64,000 bases of DNA from Camelus ferus (lineage: Eukaryota), in contig NC_045698.1 in NCBI RefSeq assembly GCF_009834535.1, forward strand, positions 5,520,001-5,584,000, given 5' to 3'. Below are positions 36,790-48,936 of the stretch, in pieces. The stretch's first letter is position 1, and every line of letters begins with the position of its first letter. A model generated the notes under the pieces. It did not search any database and had not been told where the DNA came from. It saw only the letters and a program-made list of their open reading frames with translations. Made by a program: the position numbers and the translations under genes.

Positions 36790-37556
36790 GGGGGGCTGTG
36801 TGGGGGTCACTGTTGCCTTTCACAGATCATTTCCTGGCTCCTGCTGGGAACACGATAAGGTTGCACTTTCTACCTCTTTGAAAGCGAGTGTTGTATTCTG
36901 ACTTGCTTTGACCTGAGGAATGAGGGAGGAAGTAACCGATGTTACTTCCTGGTGGAAGTCTTCAGTTTGCTTGTTTGTTTTTTTTATTGAAGTACAGTTG
37001 ATTTACAATATTTTGTTAGCTCCTGGTATATGGCAAAGTGTTTCAAATATATACATATATTCTTTATCATGTTCATTTCTATTATAGGTTATTACAAGGT
37101 ATTGAATATAGTTCTCTGTGCTAGACAGTAAGTCTTTGTTGCTTATCTATTTTCTATATAGTAGTGTGTATCTCTAATCCTATATTCTTAATTTATCCCT
37201 CCCCAACCCTTTCCCCTTTGATAACCATAAGATTGTTTTCTATGTCTGTGAGGCTGTTTCTGTTTTGTAAATAAATTTATTTGTATTATTTTTTAGATTC
37301 CATGTATGAATGATACCATATGATATTATCTTTGTCTGACTTACTTCACTTAATATGATAATCTCTGGATCCATCCATGTGTCCATTAGTAAATAAATAG
37401 ATAAAGAAGATGTGTATGTACATACAATGGAATACTACTCAGGTATGAAAAATAATGAACTACTGCCATTTGCAGAAACCTTTGCTGTTTTAAGTCACAG
37501 GCATGAGGGACTGGTTTGTTAGTCTGTAAATCCCAGACCCACCCAGATCAACAGAC
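36790..37556 (+). mobile_element. MLT1I/J-like LTR split by L1, middle missing
   Basis: The 5' part ends tgacttgctttgacc...ggaagtaaccgatgttacttcctggtggaagt. The 3' part aaacctttgctgttttaagtcac...tttgtta lies at 37476-37556. Confidence 0.65.
36966..37475 (-). mobile_element. Lineage-specific L1 with 5' inversion
   Basis: Minus-strand 3' part at 36966-37380, followed directly by a plus-strand segment (37381-37475) from the adjacent upstream L1 sequence. Confidence 0.88.
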
Positions 37557-37699
37557 CATCAATGTCACCTCCCTCACTGCAGGGGAGGGCCTGTGGCCCG
37601 AGCTGACTCATCAGAGAACTTTCTCCTCCAGGGCTCACGGAGACCTGAGACCCTAAAGGCACCAGTCTGAGAGGGATGGAGAGCGATATTGGAGAGAGA

Positions 37700-37970
37700 A
37701 TATATTCTCCTTCACGAGCTCCTAGCTGGCAAATATCACGTACGCTTAGAGAGACAGCACCTTCTTGCCTGCCACTTGCATAAAGTGTGCCCAAGAGAAA
37801 TACCAACACAGAGGAAACCAGAACCAAGAGACGGAGGGAGAGGGGGCTGGTTTCTGATGATATGGCCTTAGTACTTGGACTCAGAAGTCAGTGCAGCGTC
37901 TGGATTTTGTGCGGTAGTGATATACCTTCTTTTGTGTTCAGAGGTCAGAACTAAATTTCTTACTCTCATA
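37700..37970 (+). mobile_element. Old MaLR-like LTR fragment
   Basis: ccaacacagaggaaa.cagaaccaagagacggag...tgatgata...tacttgga. Confidence 0.4.
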
Positions 37971-40010
37971 TATCCCCCGTTAATTCCCATTTCCTTCCAT
38001 CCCCCATGAATGAAGTAAGATTGCCTTTAAGTCTGTAGATCAGAGTGTATAAGTCTCTTCTAGGTTACTCTTTCTAAATTACCAGTTTCATCTATCACTG
38101 TCTTTTGCTTAAGTATTTCCAATGATTCAAGCTTTTCATGGAATTAACTGCTCATTTGAAGCTCCAACTTGGACACAGCAGACCCTGCCGCGCTGTCGTC
38201 CTCTCCACGCTCACTGCCCTCGTTGCTCTGCAGGAACTTTGTCCTTCGGTCAGAGCGCGTTGCTTGTAGGTAAGGTGACTTACACTGCATCATCTTCATC
38301 CTCCTTCCCGGGCTCTTCCTCCATCTGAGACGCTCAACATCCTCAACTCCATGAAGAGAACTCACATGTGTTCTTCCTGACTCAAATCAAAGGTGCATTT
38401 TAATAAGCTTTCTTTGATTTTTAATCTCGGCATTGGGAAATAACGTGTATCTCCCGTCGGTTGTAAGAACAGCTTGATGCTTCAGGAGGAAATAAAGACC
38501 TGCATTACTCAGTTTCCTTGGTGACCTGAGTTTGTGCCTTCGTTGGCTAATTTGGAGCAATATTACCCACCGTCTATTCTGCAGACTTGTTGAGAAAATC
38601 AGCAAGAGTTTGCATTTAAGACTGAAAAGAATTTTTAGCAGAGCTTATCTGTCACCGCATTGCTGGCTGGTTCTTTGTGGGCGCACCATCTCTCACATCT
38701 TGCAACTCTTCCAAGGAGAGACCAAAGTGGCCGCATCCTTCAAGCACCCCATACGTCAGTGTCTTGAATGAGAAGGGCCTTTGCACACACTACTCCTTCA
38801 ATAAACAAATCATAGAAGAGTATGATTAAAATATGGCTGCATCTAACAGCGCTTATACACTACAAATTTTAGAAATTTGCAGCATTAAAGAAAACTTAAT
38901 TCCAATGAGAGGTTTATAAACCTTTTATAATCTTTAGGAAAGTGATATGTTTGGCAACTCAGTGTAAAATATGTCTATGCTTTAGAGTGACCGCATCCCA
39001 GCATGTTTTGATACAGCTTCTTTGATTTCTGTCACCTTATGATTTTCTCCCAGATTCAATTGATACAGACTAAAATATGTATCTTCATAAAACAAAAAAA
39101 GAGACAAAAATTGCATTCACAGTTCTACTTTAATAACTGCTTGGAGTCTCACATCGTGCTTCATCGGGGCACAACCCTCTCCCTTGTCTCTTTCAGGAAT
39201 AAAATCTATGGCTCTTGGCTTCTGTGCTCTGGAGAATAATAGAAATCTTGAGATGCCGTGTGCTTTGTGCTCCTTCAGTCACACCATCATTTATGATCAC
39301 TTTCGTGCTCCTAAATCATAGAGGACTTCTGACTGCCCCTGCAAACATCTCATTTTCACTGTCTTTCCAGAGAGAGGCACATCCTTTACAATATTATGAA
39401 ACTCTTGGACGTGTTTACAATATTATGAATCTCAACTTGACTGGTGTTTGTCCCTAATGTTTTTTAAAGAACAAAGTATGAAAGCTTGCATTGTCTTTGG
39501 AGCAAATCTAGTTACAAGCCCCCCTCACTCCACCCTTGAGGAAACTGAGCAGGAGTGACAGATCTCACTGGGGCTGAGTCAGGGCTGCAGCTCAGTCTTC
39601 TTACAGTCAGTGTCCTGGGATGGGGTCCCTGAGTGTGTCTTTGTAGCTGCCTGTGGGTGAGAGTCCATGTGGGCTGTCTCCCTCTGATCCGTGTCACTCA
39701 GGTCTCTAAGATCCCCCTCTCAGTTCACCTGGGCAAAGGGCAGGAAGAACCCTGGGTTGCATGAAGCCATAGACACCCATGACCCATGCTTGGCACTGTC
39801 CTCGATCTTACCCTACTTGCCTACAGACAAGACTGATCTTTCAGCTGGATTAAGGAGCTGTGTCAATACACTTGTCTTTTTGGGTCAAGCACAAGTTTGT
39901 GAAGCTCTGCAGCACTTGATGTGGGTTTGGAGTGTTACAGAGTACCAGGCGTGCTGAAATAAACAGATGCTATCAGTAAAAGCCGGGAGACTGAGCAAAG
40001 TGTGTTTTAT

Positions 40011-40011
<1 letters not shown>

Positions 40012-40043
<32 letters not shown>
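40012..40043 (+). repeat. Pure A32 homopolymer
   Basis: Read directly from the sequence. Confidence 0.95.
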
Positions 40044-40044
<1 letters not shown>

Positions 40045-40714
40045 CAGAGAGCAGATCTGTAGAGCACAGTTGTGCACCATGACAAGTAAAAATGACAGCT
40101 TTTTTTTTTTTTTCTTTCATGTTCTGGAAGAATTTTCTCTCTTAAATATAAGGGAACTGTTCATAGGCTGCTGTTGCCCTGTCGAGTCTGGGGATGGGAA
40201 TTAGAGCATCTGTGAGGATCCTGGAATGAGTCCTTTCGTGTTCAAGAAGCCACCTGAGTCAGCCTCAGGGGAAGCGTTGTCGTGGGGGCTGTTTGGGATC
40301 TGAGATGATCACAGACTCTGTCCTGCAGAAGCTCATACTTTATAAGGTGTCTATGTAATTAGAAGGAAGATATTGATAAGCTCCAAAAGAGCAGTAAAAA
40401 CTGACAGCTTAACACAGGGAGGGGCAGCCAGCTTCCTCTGGGGCGTGTAGAAGGAAACAAGCAAGGTCATTTCCTCAAGTCTTTTGACTTCAGTAAAGCA
40501 GCCTAAGTCAGTTATTAGAAGGGGCTGACTTCACACCATGTGCTTTCTTGAGACTCAGGCAGGGGAGAAAGTTTCACCTGTGCATTCCAATTTCACACGT
40601 GGGTGCTCATCACTGTTCTAGAAGGTCATCAATTCACCTAAATATAGACTCTCCTTAAACGTAAAGCTGTGTGTGAGCCTGTGCACTAGAATATTTTGCA
40701 GTAAATAAAAATTA

Positions 40715-41290
40715 ATATTTTTTTAAAATTTATTTTAAAATACAAACAGTTTTGTTTTTTATTGAAGCGTAGTTGATTTACAATGTTAGTTTCAGGTATA
40801 CGGCAAAGTGGTTCAGTTACGCACACACACACGCGCACACACACACACGCACGCACACACGCGCACACGCACGCACACACGCACACACACGCACGCACAC
40901 ACACACGCGCACACGCACACACGCACGCACACACGCACACACACGCACGCACACACGCACGCACACGCACGCACACACACACAATTTTAAGATTCTTTTC
41001 TTTTTATAGGTTATTCCAAGAAATTGAATATAATTCTCTGTGCTATACAGTAAGTCCTTGTTGTTTATCTACTTTATATGTGGTAGTGTGTATCTGTTAA
41101 TCCCAAACTCCTATTTATCCATCCCTGCCCTTTCCCCTTTGGTAACCATAGTTTGTTTTCTATGTTGTTGAGTCTACTTTTGGTTTGTAAATAAAATTTG
41201 TATCATATTTTTTATATTCCACAGGTAAGTGATATCGTATGATATTTGTCTTTCTCTGTCTGACTTACTTCACTTAATATGACATCACAA
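40715..41290 (-). mobile_element. Lineage-specific L1 3' fragment containing an expanded microsatellite
   Basis: Same subfamily as 13012-13466. No TSD visible. Confidence 0.9.
40819..40983. repeat. Compound (CA)n/(CACG)n microsatellite
   Basis: About 165 bp of alternating purine-pyrimidine sequence, read directly. Confidence 0.95.
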
Positions 41291-41608
41291 GGTCCTTAAA
41301 TGTGGAAGAGAAGAGCTGAAGTCAGGGTCAGAGAGAGATCTGAAGATACTACTCTTCTGTGCTGCTGGTTTTGAGGGTGAAGAAAGGGGCCACAGGCCAA
41401 GGAACACAGGCAGCCTCAGGAAGCTGGAAAAGGCAAGGAACAACTTCTCTCCTGGAAGGAAGGCAGTTCTGTTGACATATTGACTTTAGACCAGTGAGAC
41501 TCATTTTGAACTTCTGATCTCCAGAACTGCAAGATAATAAACTGGTGCTGTTTAAAGCCAATAAGGTTGTGGAAATTTGTTATAACGGCAATGGGAAACA
41601 ACTATACA
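41284..41608 (+). mobile_element. MLT1C/D-like LTR, 3' part only
   Basis: atcacaaggtccttaaatgtggaagag...gccaaggaa...gaagctggaaaaggcaaggaa...tccagaactgcaagataataaa...actataca. Confidence 0.85.
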
Positions 41609-42489
41609 GAGATTTTCAGACAATTGTGGAATGTATATAGAATATCACTTTCAAATAAACTAAATAAGAAGGAGCAGAATAGAGGTAACTTTTAAACATA
41701 ACCCCTAATATCTGGTCGCCCCCGAATTGACTTAGGATTGTGTCTAGAGAACACATACTTACTTCTGTGTGGGTGGTGGGAGTTTGCTGCAGTGAGCGCA
41801 CAACAGCAGGGCTTCTTTATAAAACTCACAAAAGTGAAAGCTAATTAAGCCTTAGGCTCGGGGCACTATGTGAATGTGTATATGAGAAAACACTTCCCCA
41901 CTTCTGCAACTTTAACAAATAAAGCAAAAGTTGATAAAGAAATTATGTCGAAAACCCTAAGTGTGGAAACTACCTCCAATTTACTGATACAGTATTAGAC
42001 AGCAAAATCACATTCACAAAAGGTGCTAAAGGAAAAGAATCAAGCAAAAGTAGGCTTAAGTTTACTTTCATAATTCTCTAGGAAAAATGAAAGGTTGGGC
42101 AAGGATGAGCCACATGTTAGATTCTTGTTCTGCTGTCTGGAAACTGGTTTCCTCAGCTCTCATTTCAGAGTCAACACTTGGGTGTGCTTAGTTCCTGTCA
42201 TGCAGTTAATTTGCCTAATGAAATGTCTGGCTTTATTTAGATTCTTATGGATTAATCTTGGAGGTAATGACATGTAGGGAAAATTAACAAATAGAAGCCT
42301 TTATAAGAAATGAACATTGTACTGGAAAGAATCTTAAGAGATAAGGGTCCGACAGCCTAAATCAGGGAAGAGCAGCTCTGGAAGTTGATTGCCAAGAGTA
42401 GACTGAGTGCAGGAACCTCATCCTCCTTGTGAAAGCATGCAATAAAGATGCAGTGACATGAATACAATAATCAATGGAAGATTGCTGAA

Positions 42490-42630
42490 GCACAGAGTGC
42501 CAGGGACCCAAGCATGAGCTGTTCCTATCACTGCAACTAGCTGTGTGACCATGTTCAACCTTGACCTTTTTAAGACTAAGTTTTAGACAATGAGGTTAAA
42601 TTAGATCACCTCCAAAGTCTTTATCAGATA
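42490..42630 (+). mobile_element. MIR/MIR3 fragment
   Basis: actagctgtgtgacc...atgaggttaaattagatcacctccaaagtc. Confidence 0.55.
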
Positions 42631-42959
42631 CATTTAGTAAATGGGCAGCAGAGTCATTGTACCTCAGTAATTCTTCTCCAGTAGCTTTCTAAAATTCCAC
42701 GTGTCACCAGGCACAGGCAAGTTCAAAGCAAACTTCTACAGCCAAAGAAACATAAAACCTTCTGTCCCTTTTTCCAGTCAGACATGGTCCCACTTCCCTT
42801 GCCCTCTACTGCTGACAGTAAAGTATTAAGATAGTATTAATCAAGGAGGGCTTGAATTGAGGATGCTTAAAGAGCGGACCTTTGAAAATTAAAAGTGGGT
42901 GATGTGGGTATTCTGAGCAGAGGGTTCTGTCCAACAGTGAGTCTCAGAGAATCCCATGC

Positions 42960-43550
42960 TTCTAACTGTGTTTGCATCTTTCCATTTCCTCCTCCTAACT
43001 CCGTAGGGCATGAAGACTCCACTGGCCACATTTCCCCTTGAGTAGGGGGTCACATTTTCCTGTTTCTTTGTATGTCTAGTAATTTTGGATTATTTCTTGA
43101 TCATTGTGAATAATATAAAGACTCTTCTGTTATGTTGCTCTGACAGGTCTTGATTTTTTTCCACAGGCAGTTGACTTGATTGGACTTAAACTCCAAACGC
43201 TGTCTCCCTGATGGTGGGCAGCCGCCAAGGTCTCTGTTCCGTTCTTACAACCTTAGCTCTGCTGCCTGTGACCTGCCTGCACAGGAGGGGCTCAGGGCCA
43301 GCAAGCGCTCCGTGCAGAGTTGCTGTCCCAAATCTTGGGCTCCCCATCTGAGAGTCCCCTCTCATGGACTTTTCTCCCATCACTTTCCAGCTGCTGTAGT
43401 TGCCCCCAAATCTGTCCTTTGGTTTCTTTTAGTTGCCCTCCGGTTCCTTCAAGGTGTGGTTTTTTACATTTTGTCCAGATTTTATGTAGAAGTATTCAGG
43501 AGGGTTGGTCAGTGTGAGGTAATTGCCCGTAACCAGAAGGGGAACTGTTG
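42960..43550 (-). mobile_element. Old L1M 5' end fragment
   Basis: gtcacattttcctgtttctttgtatgtctagtaattttggatt...ttttgtccagattt...aggagggttggtc. Confidence 0.65.
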
Positions 43551-44183
43551 AGGTGAGTTAGAGGTAATTATTTCAGTGTCAAAATAAATAGATTTGGTGG
43601 GGGTAGAAGAGGAAAGTTTTTCTTTCCTTTCCAAGTGGAGATGTGCCTATGTTTTATGTAGGAATACTGTTCAGATCAAGCCTCCAGTTGGGCTTTTGTT
43701 TTGTTATCAGCAGAAAGTAAGATAAGGAAGAAACTGCTGTGAAGACCAGGAGCCCCAGGTCCCTGGGGCAGAAGTTCATGAGGAGTTCCATCCTGGTTTG
43801 GAGTATTTAGAACTCAGATAATGGAAGACGTATAAATAGCCCCAAACAAACAGTAGAAAACTCATCTCTTGTTGTTGCACACCTGGTGTTCCTTTTATAT
43901 CTCCAGGTGCGCTCATGGACAAGAATCATTTGAAAAGTCAGACTTTTACAGGCTGCACTTAGAATAGAAGCAATCAGGTTTCTAGACTTCTGCTAAGCAA
44001 CCATTGTTGACATTTTCTTTTTCTCTCTCACAGATTACCAAAAAAACTGCTTTATATTAGGATGTCATTCCCCTACCTCCACTCCTCATGCTTAAAAAGA
44101 GGGGTACTGAGGACCACAGGTGAATTCAGGTTGGCCAGATATGAAGGGTAGAATGTCCCTAGTCCTCGGCTCTGCTACCTTTA

Positions 44184-44281
44184 GGCTAAACTAGGACACT
44201 TCTGTCACTAATAATAATCACTCCAGGACAATTGGCTATAAGCTGGGAATGTCCTAGACAGAAGTGACATGTGATCATCCA
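44184..44281. mobile_element. MER94-like hAT-Blackjack MITE
   Basis: ctaaactaggacacttctg...ctaataataat...ccaggacaa...aagctgggaatgtcctagaca...gacatgtgatcatcc follows the recalled MER94 consensus. Confidence 0.65.
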
Positions 44282-45808
44282 CTGCAAGGTTCATTTCTGT
44301 TTCTCCTCCCCTCCCCTCCGCTGAAGCAGCAGGAGCCCCCAGCTCAGAATATGCAGCTCTTTCCTGGAACAGCGCTGGCTGGTTGACCCCAGCTCTATGC
44401 AGGTGCTCGGGGTGTTCTGGACTTCTGAAACAGACTTCTGCAGGCCTGGGGTGTATACAGACCTCCTTCTCTCCTCCTGTGATTTTCTCTCTAGAAGGCT
44501 AACAAGAATTTTCTCCAGCTCTTACTCATTTCCTAGACCAGGAAGCTAAAAGCTTGAGTTAAAAGCAGCCCTACCTTTTCAGAATTTCTCCCCTAACCAC
44601 TTACTGGGGACAATTGGTGAACATTCGTGTCTTTACCATAATGTGAAAAACCATAGATCTAAGGCACAGATAACAGAAGTGAAGTTGATTCTCTTATCTC
44701 TGGTGACTCCCAAGGATAGTTGCTGTACGAGCAGCTTGGGGACTATTGCTGCATTTCCAAACTGTGGATCTGCACTTGCATTACACCCTAATATTCTCCA
44801 ACACTGGTAAATATAATCCTTATTCATATTTAATTTGACCTAGAATATTTTACAATTTAAGCAAAGGAAAGTTATTCTTTAATTTGTTTTTCTGTAAACA
44901 CATTGCAAAATAGAATCCAGTGTTTAAGTAGTTTGCAGTCCGGCATCCCTAACTTTCACTCTGTGGTGGCTGCACACCCACCACAGCAGAAGAGAGCAAA
45001 GTGCTCTCACCTTTGAAAATGCAGAGTCCTATGATAGCAACAAAATTCAAAAATGCATCTAATTGGAATAGTCATACTAAGCAAATTTTATTCTGCTTCC
45101 CTGCTGTATAATTTCCCAATTATGCTGTTTCATTCAAATTATTTTACTTTTGAATTTTTAAAGGATATCCATTTAAAATCTGTTTATTCAGAAGGGGCAT
45201 TAAAAAGGCTTCAAATTCTTCTTAAGCAACTACATTTTTGACCGAACTTTTAGTTGAGCTCTTTCCCATCTTGGCTTTATTGCAGACTTTAGAACTAGCG
45301 TTGTGAGCTCCTGCCTAGAAGGTACTGTTTCCTCAGTGCGCTGTTGGTAAAATGAGTAAGGAAGCTCAGGGTGGGGATGGGGTGCTCTTCCTCTGGGCAG
45401 ATAGACTTTTTGATTGATCCTCTGCTATAAAAGTTGATGTAATATTCTGAAATGAACGACACACTGAGAGAGGATTAAAGTCTCCAAAAGAATGGGAAAC
45501 AAAAACCAGGCAGACACGCTGATCTCAGTTACTTTCTGACTTCCAAATTGTATGATCAGCACCAACCGCACTAGTGAGCATTTGGAAGGCAAGGGCATGT
45601 CAGTGTCCAGAGCTCAGGCTTTGGGGTCAGATGACCTGAATCTAACCACCGGTTCCATCACTTACTCTGTGGGTTGGACACGTTGCCTGAACTGATGAAG
45701 CTTTGATTTCTTACTCTGTAAAACAGGAATCCTCACAGCAACATTTTGGGATTAAATGAGATTAAATGACAAAATGAATGTTACATGCCTGTGCCTGCCA
45801 CAGAGTCA

Positions 45809-46836
45809 TGAGAGACAATGCACAAATGGACAAGGGGCCAGACCACATATGAAGATAGAACCCTGACCCACAATCTGCCACAACCGGCCCAGGACGCCAG
45901 CTTGCTCTCTATGTCAGACATGTAGGAAGTCAGACTGCTACTGAGCCCAAATTCATTTGTTCTGCTCACCACATCACAGGCCAATAAATCAGAAGACAAG
46001 GAGTTGGGGCAGGGAATAATGACTTTATTGGGAAAGACAGCAGACCAGGAAGATGGGGGACTAATGCCCTGAAGAACCATCTTACTTAAGTCAGAATTCA
46101 GGCCCCTTATATACTAAAAGGGGGAGGAGGTGTGGTTAGTTGTTGCAAACTTTCTGGTGTCAGAATCCTTTGTTTTTGCATCTATTCATGTAGGTCAGGT
46201 CACGATGTTCCTGTAAACCTTCAACAAGACAAATGTTATTTTCTGTTCTGTAACTTTTTATCTCTATATGAATGGAAGTGTCAGACCTTTAAAGGTCAGA
46301 GCCTTGAGAATGGGCTCTCCTGTAATTCCAGGCGATAGGCAACATTCTTTTACAAACGGTGCAGAACCAGCATGACCAAGCACAGGAAACAGAGCACAGG
46401 GTCAGAGCTAAAGGAATAGATCCAACACAGAGTCAGATTTGTTCTTCTCTATTGCAACACCATTGCCTCCATGACTGATCTCAAAGCCAAACAGTATCTC
46501 CTGGGACCATCCACCCTAAATAGGCAGCTCCCCCAATTTTTACCCAATTTCCACTTTAGGACAAGCCAGAGAAAGCCAAATGTGCAGCCCTCACCAATCA
46601 CATAGGATGTCCTGCTTCTAGTTAGCTCTCTTCCCACCTCCCCCGGCCAACAGCATCCAATCAGGGTACACCTGAGCCATCCCTTGTTCCGTTTTCCCTG
46701 TAAACCTTACCCACTCCCCTCCCTGCCTTTGAGTCTCTGCCCAAAGCACAGTGATGATGGCTGACTCCCTTGCTATGGCAAACTCTGTATAAATAGCATG
46801 TTTTTCTCATTTAGATGGTCTTCAGGTATTTCCCCA
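45809..46836 (+). mobile_element. MER89/MER90-like ERV1 LTR (split)
   Basis: ccagaccacatatgaagatagaaccctgacccacaa...gtaggaagtcagac [insert] ...ccaatcacataggatg...ctttgagtctctgcc...ggctgactcccttgctat. TG...CA ends. Confidence 0.75.
45936..46456 (-). mobile_element. ERV1-class solo LTR (artiodactyl type)
   Basis: TG...CA termini, 4-bp TSD agac/acac, minus-strand AATAAA near 46024 and a TATA-like element near 46108. Confidence 0.8.
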
Positions 46837-46937
46837 GTATCATTCAATAAATATTCGAATCATAACAACAATAAAATGATTGTTGAATTAAATATGAAAT
46901 CAAATACATCTCCAGATGACTCAGAGTTACATGTATA

Positions 46938-47134
46938 CATTTTAGTTCTTATTTTTTATTGAAGTGTAGTTGATTTAAAATATTAGTTCCAAGTGTACAG
47001 CAAAACGATTCAGTTATACATATGCATACCAATATTTATATTTTTCAGATTCTTTTCCATTATATGTCATTACAAGAAATTGAATACAGTTCCCTGTGCT
47101 ATATAGTAGGTCCTTGCTGTTTATCTATTTTATA
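46938..47134 (-). mobile_element. Lineage-specific L1 3'UTR fragment
   Basis: ttttattgaagtgtagttgattt... Flanking gactcaga..catgt is duplicated at 46918 and 47136. Confidence 0.88.
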
Positions 47135-48423
47135 AGACTCAGACATGTTAATCTAGCTCATTTTATGTTCCTATTTTTCTTGATTTTAATTGAATCATTA
47201 TTGGTACTCTCTTCTTGAATTCATTTTACTTAATCTTGATTTCTTCAGTGTATTATTGATGGGAATTATGTCTGGTTAACATCACCCACTTACTGGCTTA
47301 TACTGCTTATTTACAGTGAATCTGCATTTCTCTTTTAAGATCCCAAGGGCCCAACCTCCCAAGTCACTGCCTGAGACTGAACCACACACAGGAGGGGCAG
47401 TGGCTTTACTGATCTTTCAGGATTATCACAATACTCAGGAAGGAATTGTTTTCGGCTCTTGACTGAATTCTTCACAAAGCCCAGTGGGTTTCTTGGCTCA
47501 GTCCCCTGTGGTTGTTGAGTTGTGTACAAATTGATTCTTTAATGATTAATTCCAGCATTTCTAATGTGTATTGAATTTGAGCTATTTGTGTCCACATTTC
47601 TGAAGCTTTTCCTTTCACTTTTTTCCTCTTATGCTTTATCAATTGCTTGGATCCTATCTGCTTTTACAGTAACTGCTGAAAACCCAATAATTAATCTGCA
47701 TGGTCACAATTCTTAGTGGCGCCATGGTTATCTGACCCATAAATGTTCACTTGGGGCTCACTGAGACTTCTCAGTGACATTATGCAGATAAAGCGCAGGT
47801 ACACACGTTGCAGAAGATACCCCATGTCTGATTCTTTCTATCCTGCAAACTCCCTGTTTAGAAACAACCAGAACCTGTATGACTAGACTTCTGACCAACT
47901 GTAAAGCACAACCCCCTGCGGACAAGAAGATTAAAGAACAGTTTGGTTATCATGTAGTCAGTTACACAAACCTCTTCTACCCCTACACACAGGAAAAAAA
48001 AGGAGGAAACAAAACTAATCACTGAATGTGGTTTCAATCCTGTCGATTAAATGGGGATCATTTAGAGCAGTGATTTAGTTAAATTGTTGCACTTAACAAT
48101 GGGTGGTCTGGCACAGAGATAGCTAGAAGTAGAAACAATGTAGCCTATAATTTTGCTGTTAATTTCAGCCTTGACAGATGCTAAGTCCTACCAGGAAGTC
48201 CTGGTTAGGAGGGAGAGAAATGACATATTTCCAGCTACCATGAAAGGCAGTGATGTACTGGAGATGCTTAAAACTGCAGCTGTGTGTTTCTTTTCATAAT
48301 ATGTTTATGATTAAATGTAACTCTGAGAAGGAGGGGAGAAGAGGCTCATTTTGTTAGGTTTAAGGTTCTGCAACGTGAGGAAAATCATAGTGGAAAAGTA
48401 GTCATGGGATAAAAGAATTTAGC

Positions 48424-48936
48424 GTTTGTATCACTTAAAAAAAGGATACAAATGGTGGGGGAGTGTATAGCTCAGTGGCAGAGCACATGGGTAGCATACA
48501 TGAGGTCCTGGGTTCAATCCCCAGTACCTCCATAAAAACATGAATTAAAATAAAAATAAAAAAACCTAATTACCCCCCCCCCAATGGATACAGATGAACT
48601 TATTTACAAACTAGAAATAGACTCACAGACATGGAAAATAAACTATGGTTACCAAAGGGGAAGGGGTTGGGGGGGAGGGATAAATTAGGAGTTTGGGGTT
48701 AACATATACATACTACTACATATAAAATAAACAACAAGGATTACTGTATAGCACAAGGAACTATATTCAATATCTTATAATAACATATAATGGAAAAGAA
48801 TCTGAAAAAAATATAAATATATTTATGTGTTACGTATAACTGACTCACTTTTCTGTACACCTGAAACTAACACAACATTGTAAATCAACTATACTTCAAT
48901 ACAAATAAATTTAAAAGAAGTAATTGATAGGTTAAC
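48424..48936 (+). mobile_element. Lineage-specific L1 3' fragment carrying a SINE
   Basis: L1 3'UTR ending ttgtaaatcaactatacttcaat. TSD aaaagaatttagc (48411-48423 / 48937-48949). Confidence 0.9.
48455..48585 (+). mobile_element. Vic-1-like SINE inside L1
   Basis: ggggagtgtatagctcagtggcagagc...gggttcaatccccagtacctcc...cctaattacccc. TSD ggatacaaatg / ggatacagatg. Confidence 0.92.

Larger units (their letters stand above)
45590..46870 (+). mobile_element. MIR split by nested LTRs
   Basis: ggctttggggtcaga...gtgcctgccacagagtca up to 45808, resuming as cattcaataaatatt after 46836. Confidence 0.7.

Noticed and set aside
38284..38324. Minus-strand mini-exon MEEEPGKEDEDDA with GTAAGT donor
   Set aside because: Weak acceptor context, low-complexity purine sequence and no linked exons.
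39950..40050. AATAAA plus A32 as the end of a processed pseudogene
   Set aside because: The signal is about 50 bp from the tract, with no clear TSD and no recognisable mRNA upstream.
40686..41100. VC/HT-rich ORFs
   Set aside because: Translations of the (CA/CACG)n microsatellite.
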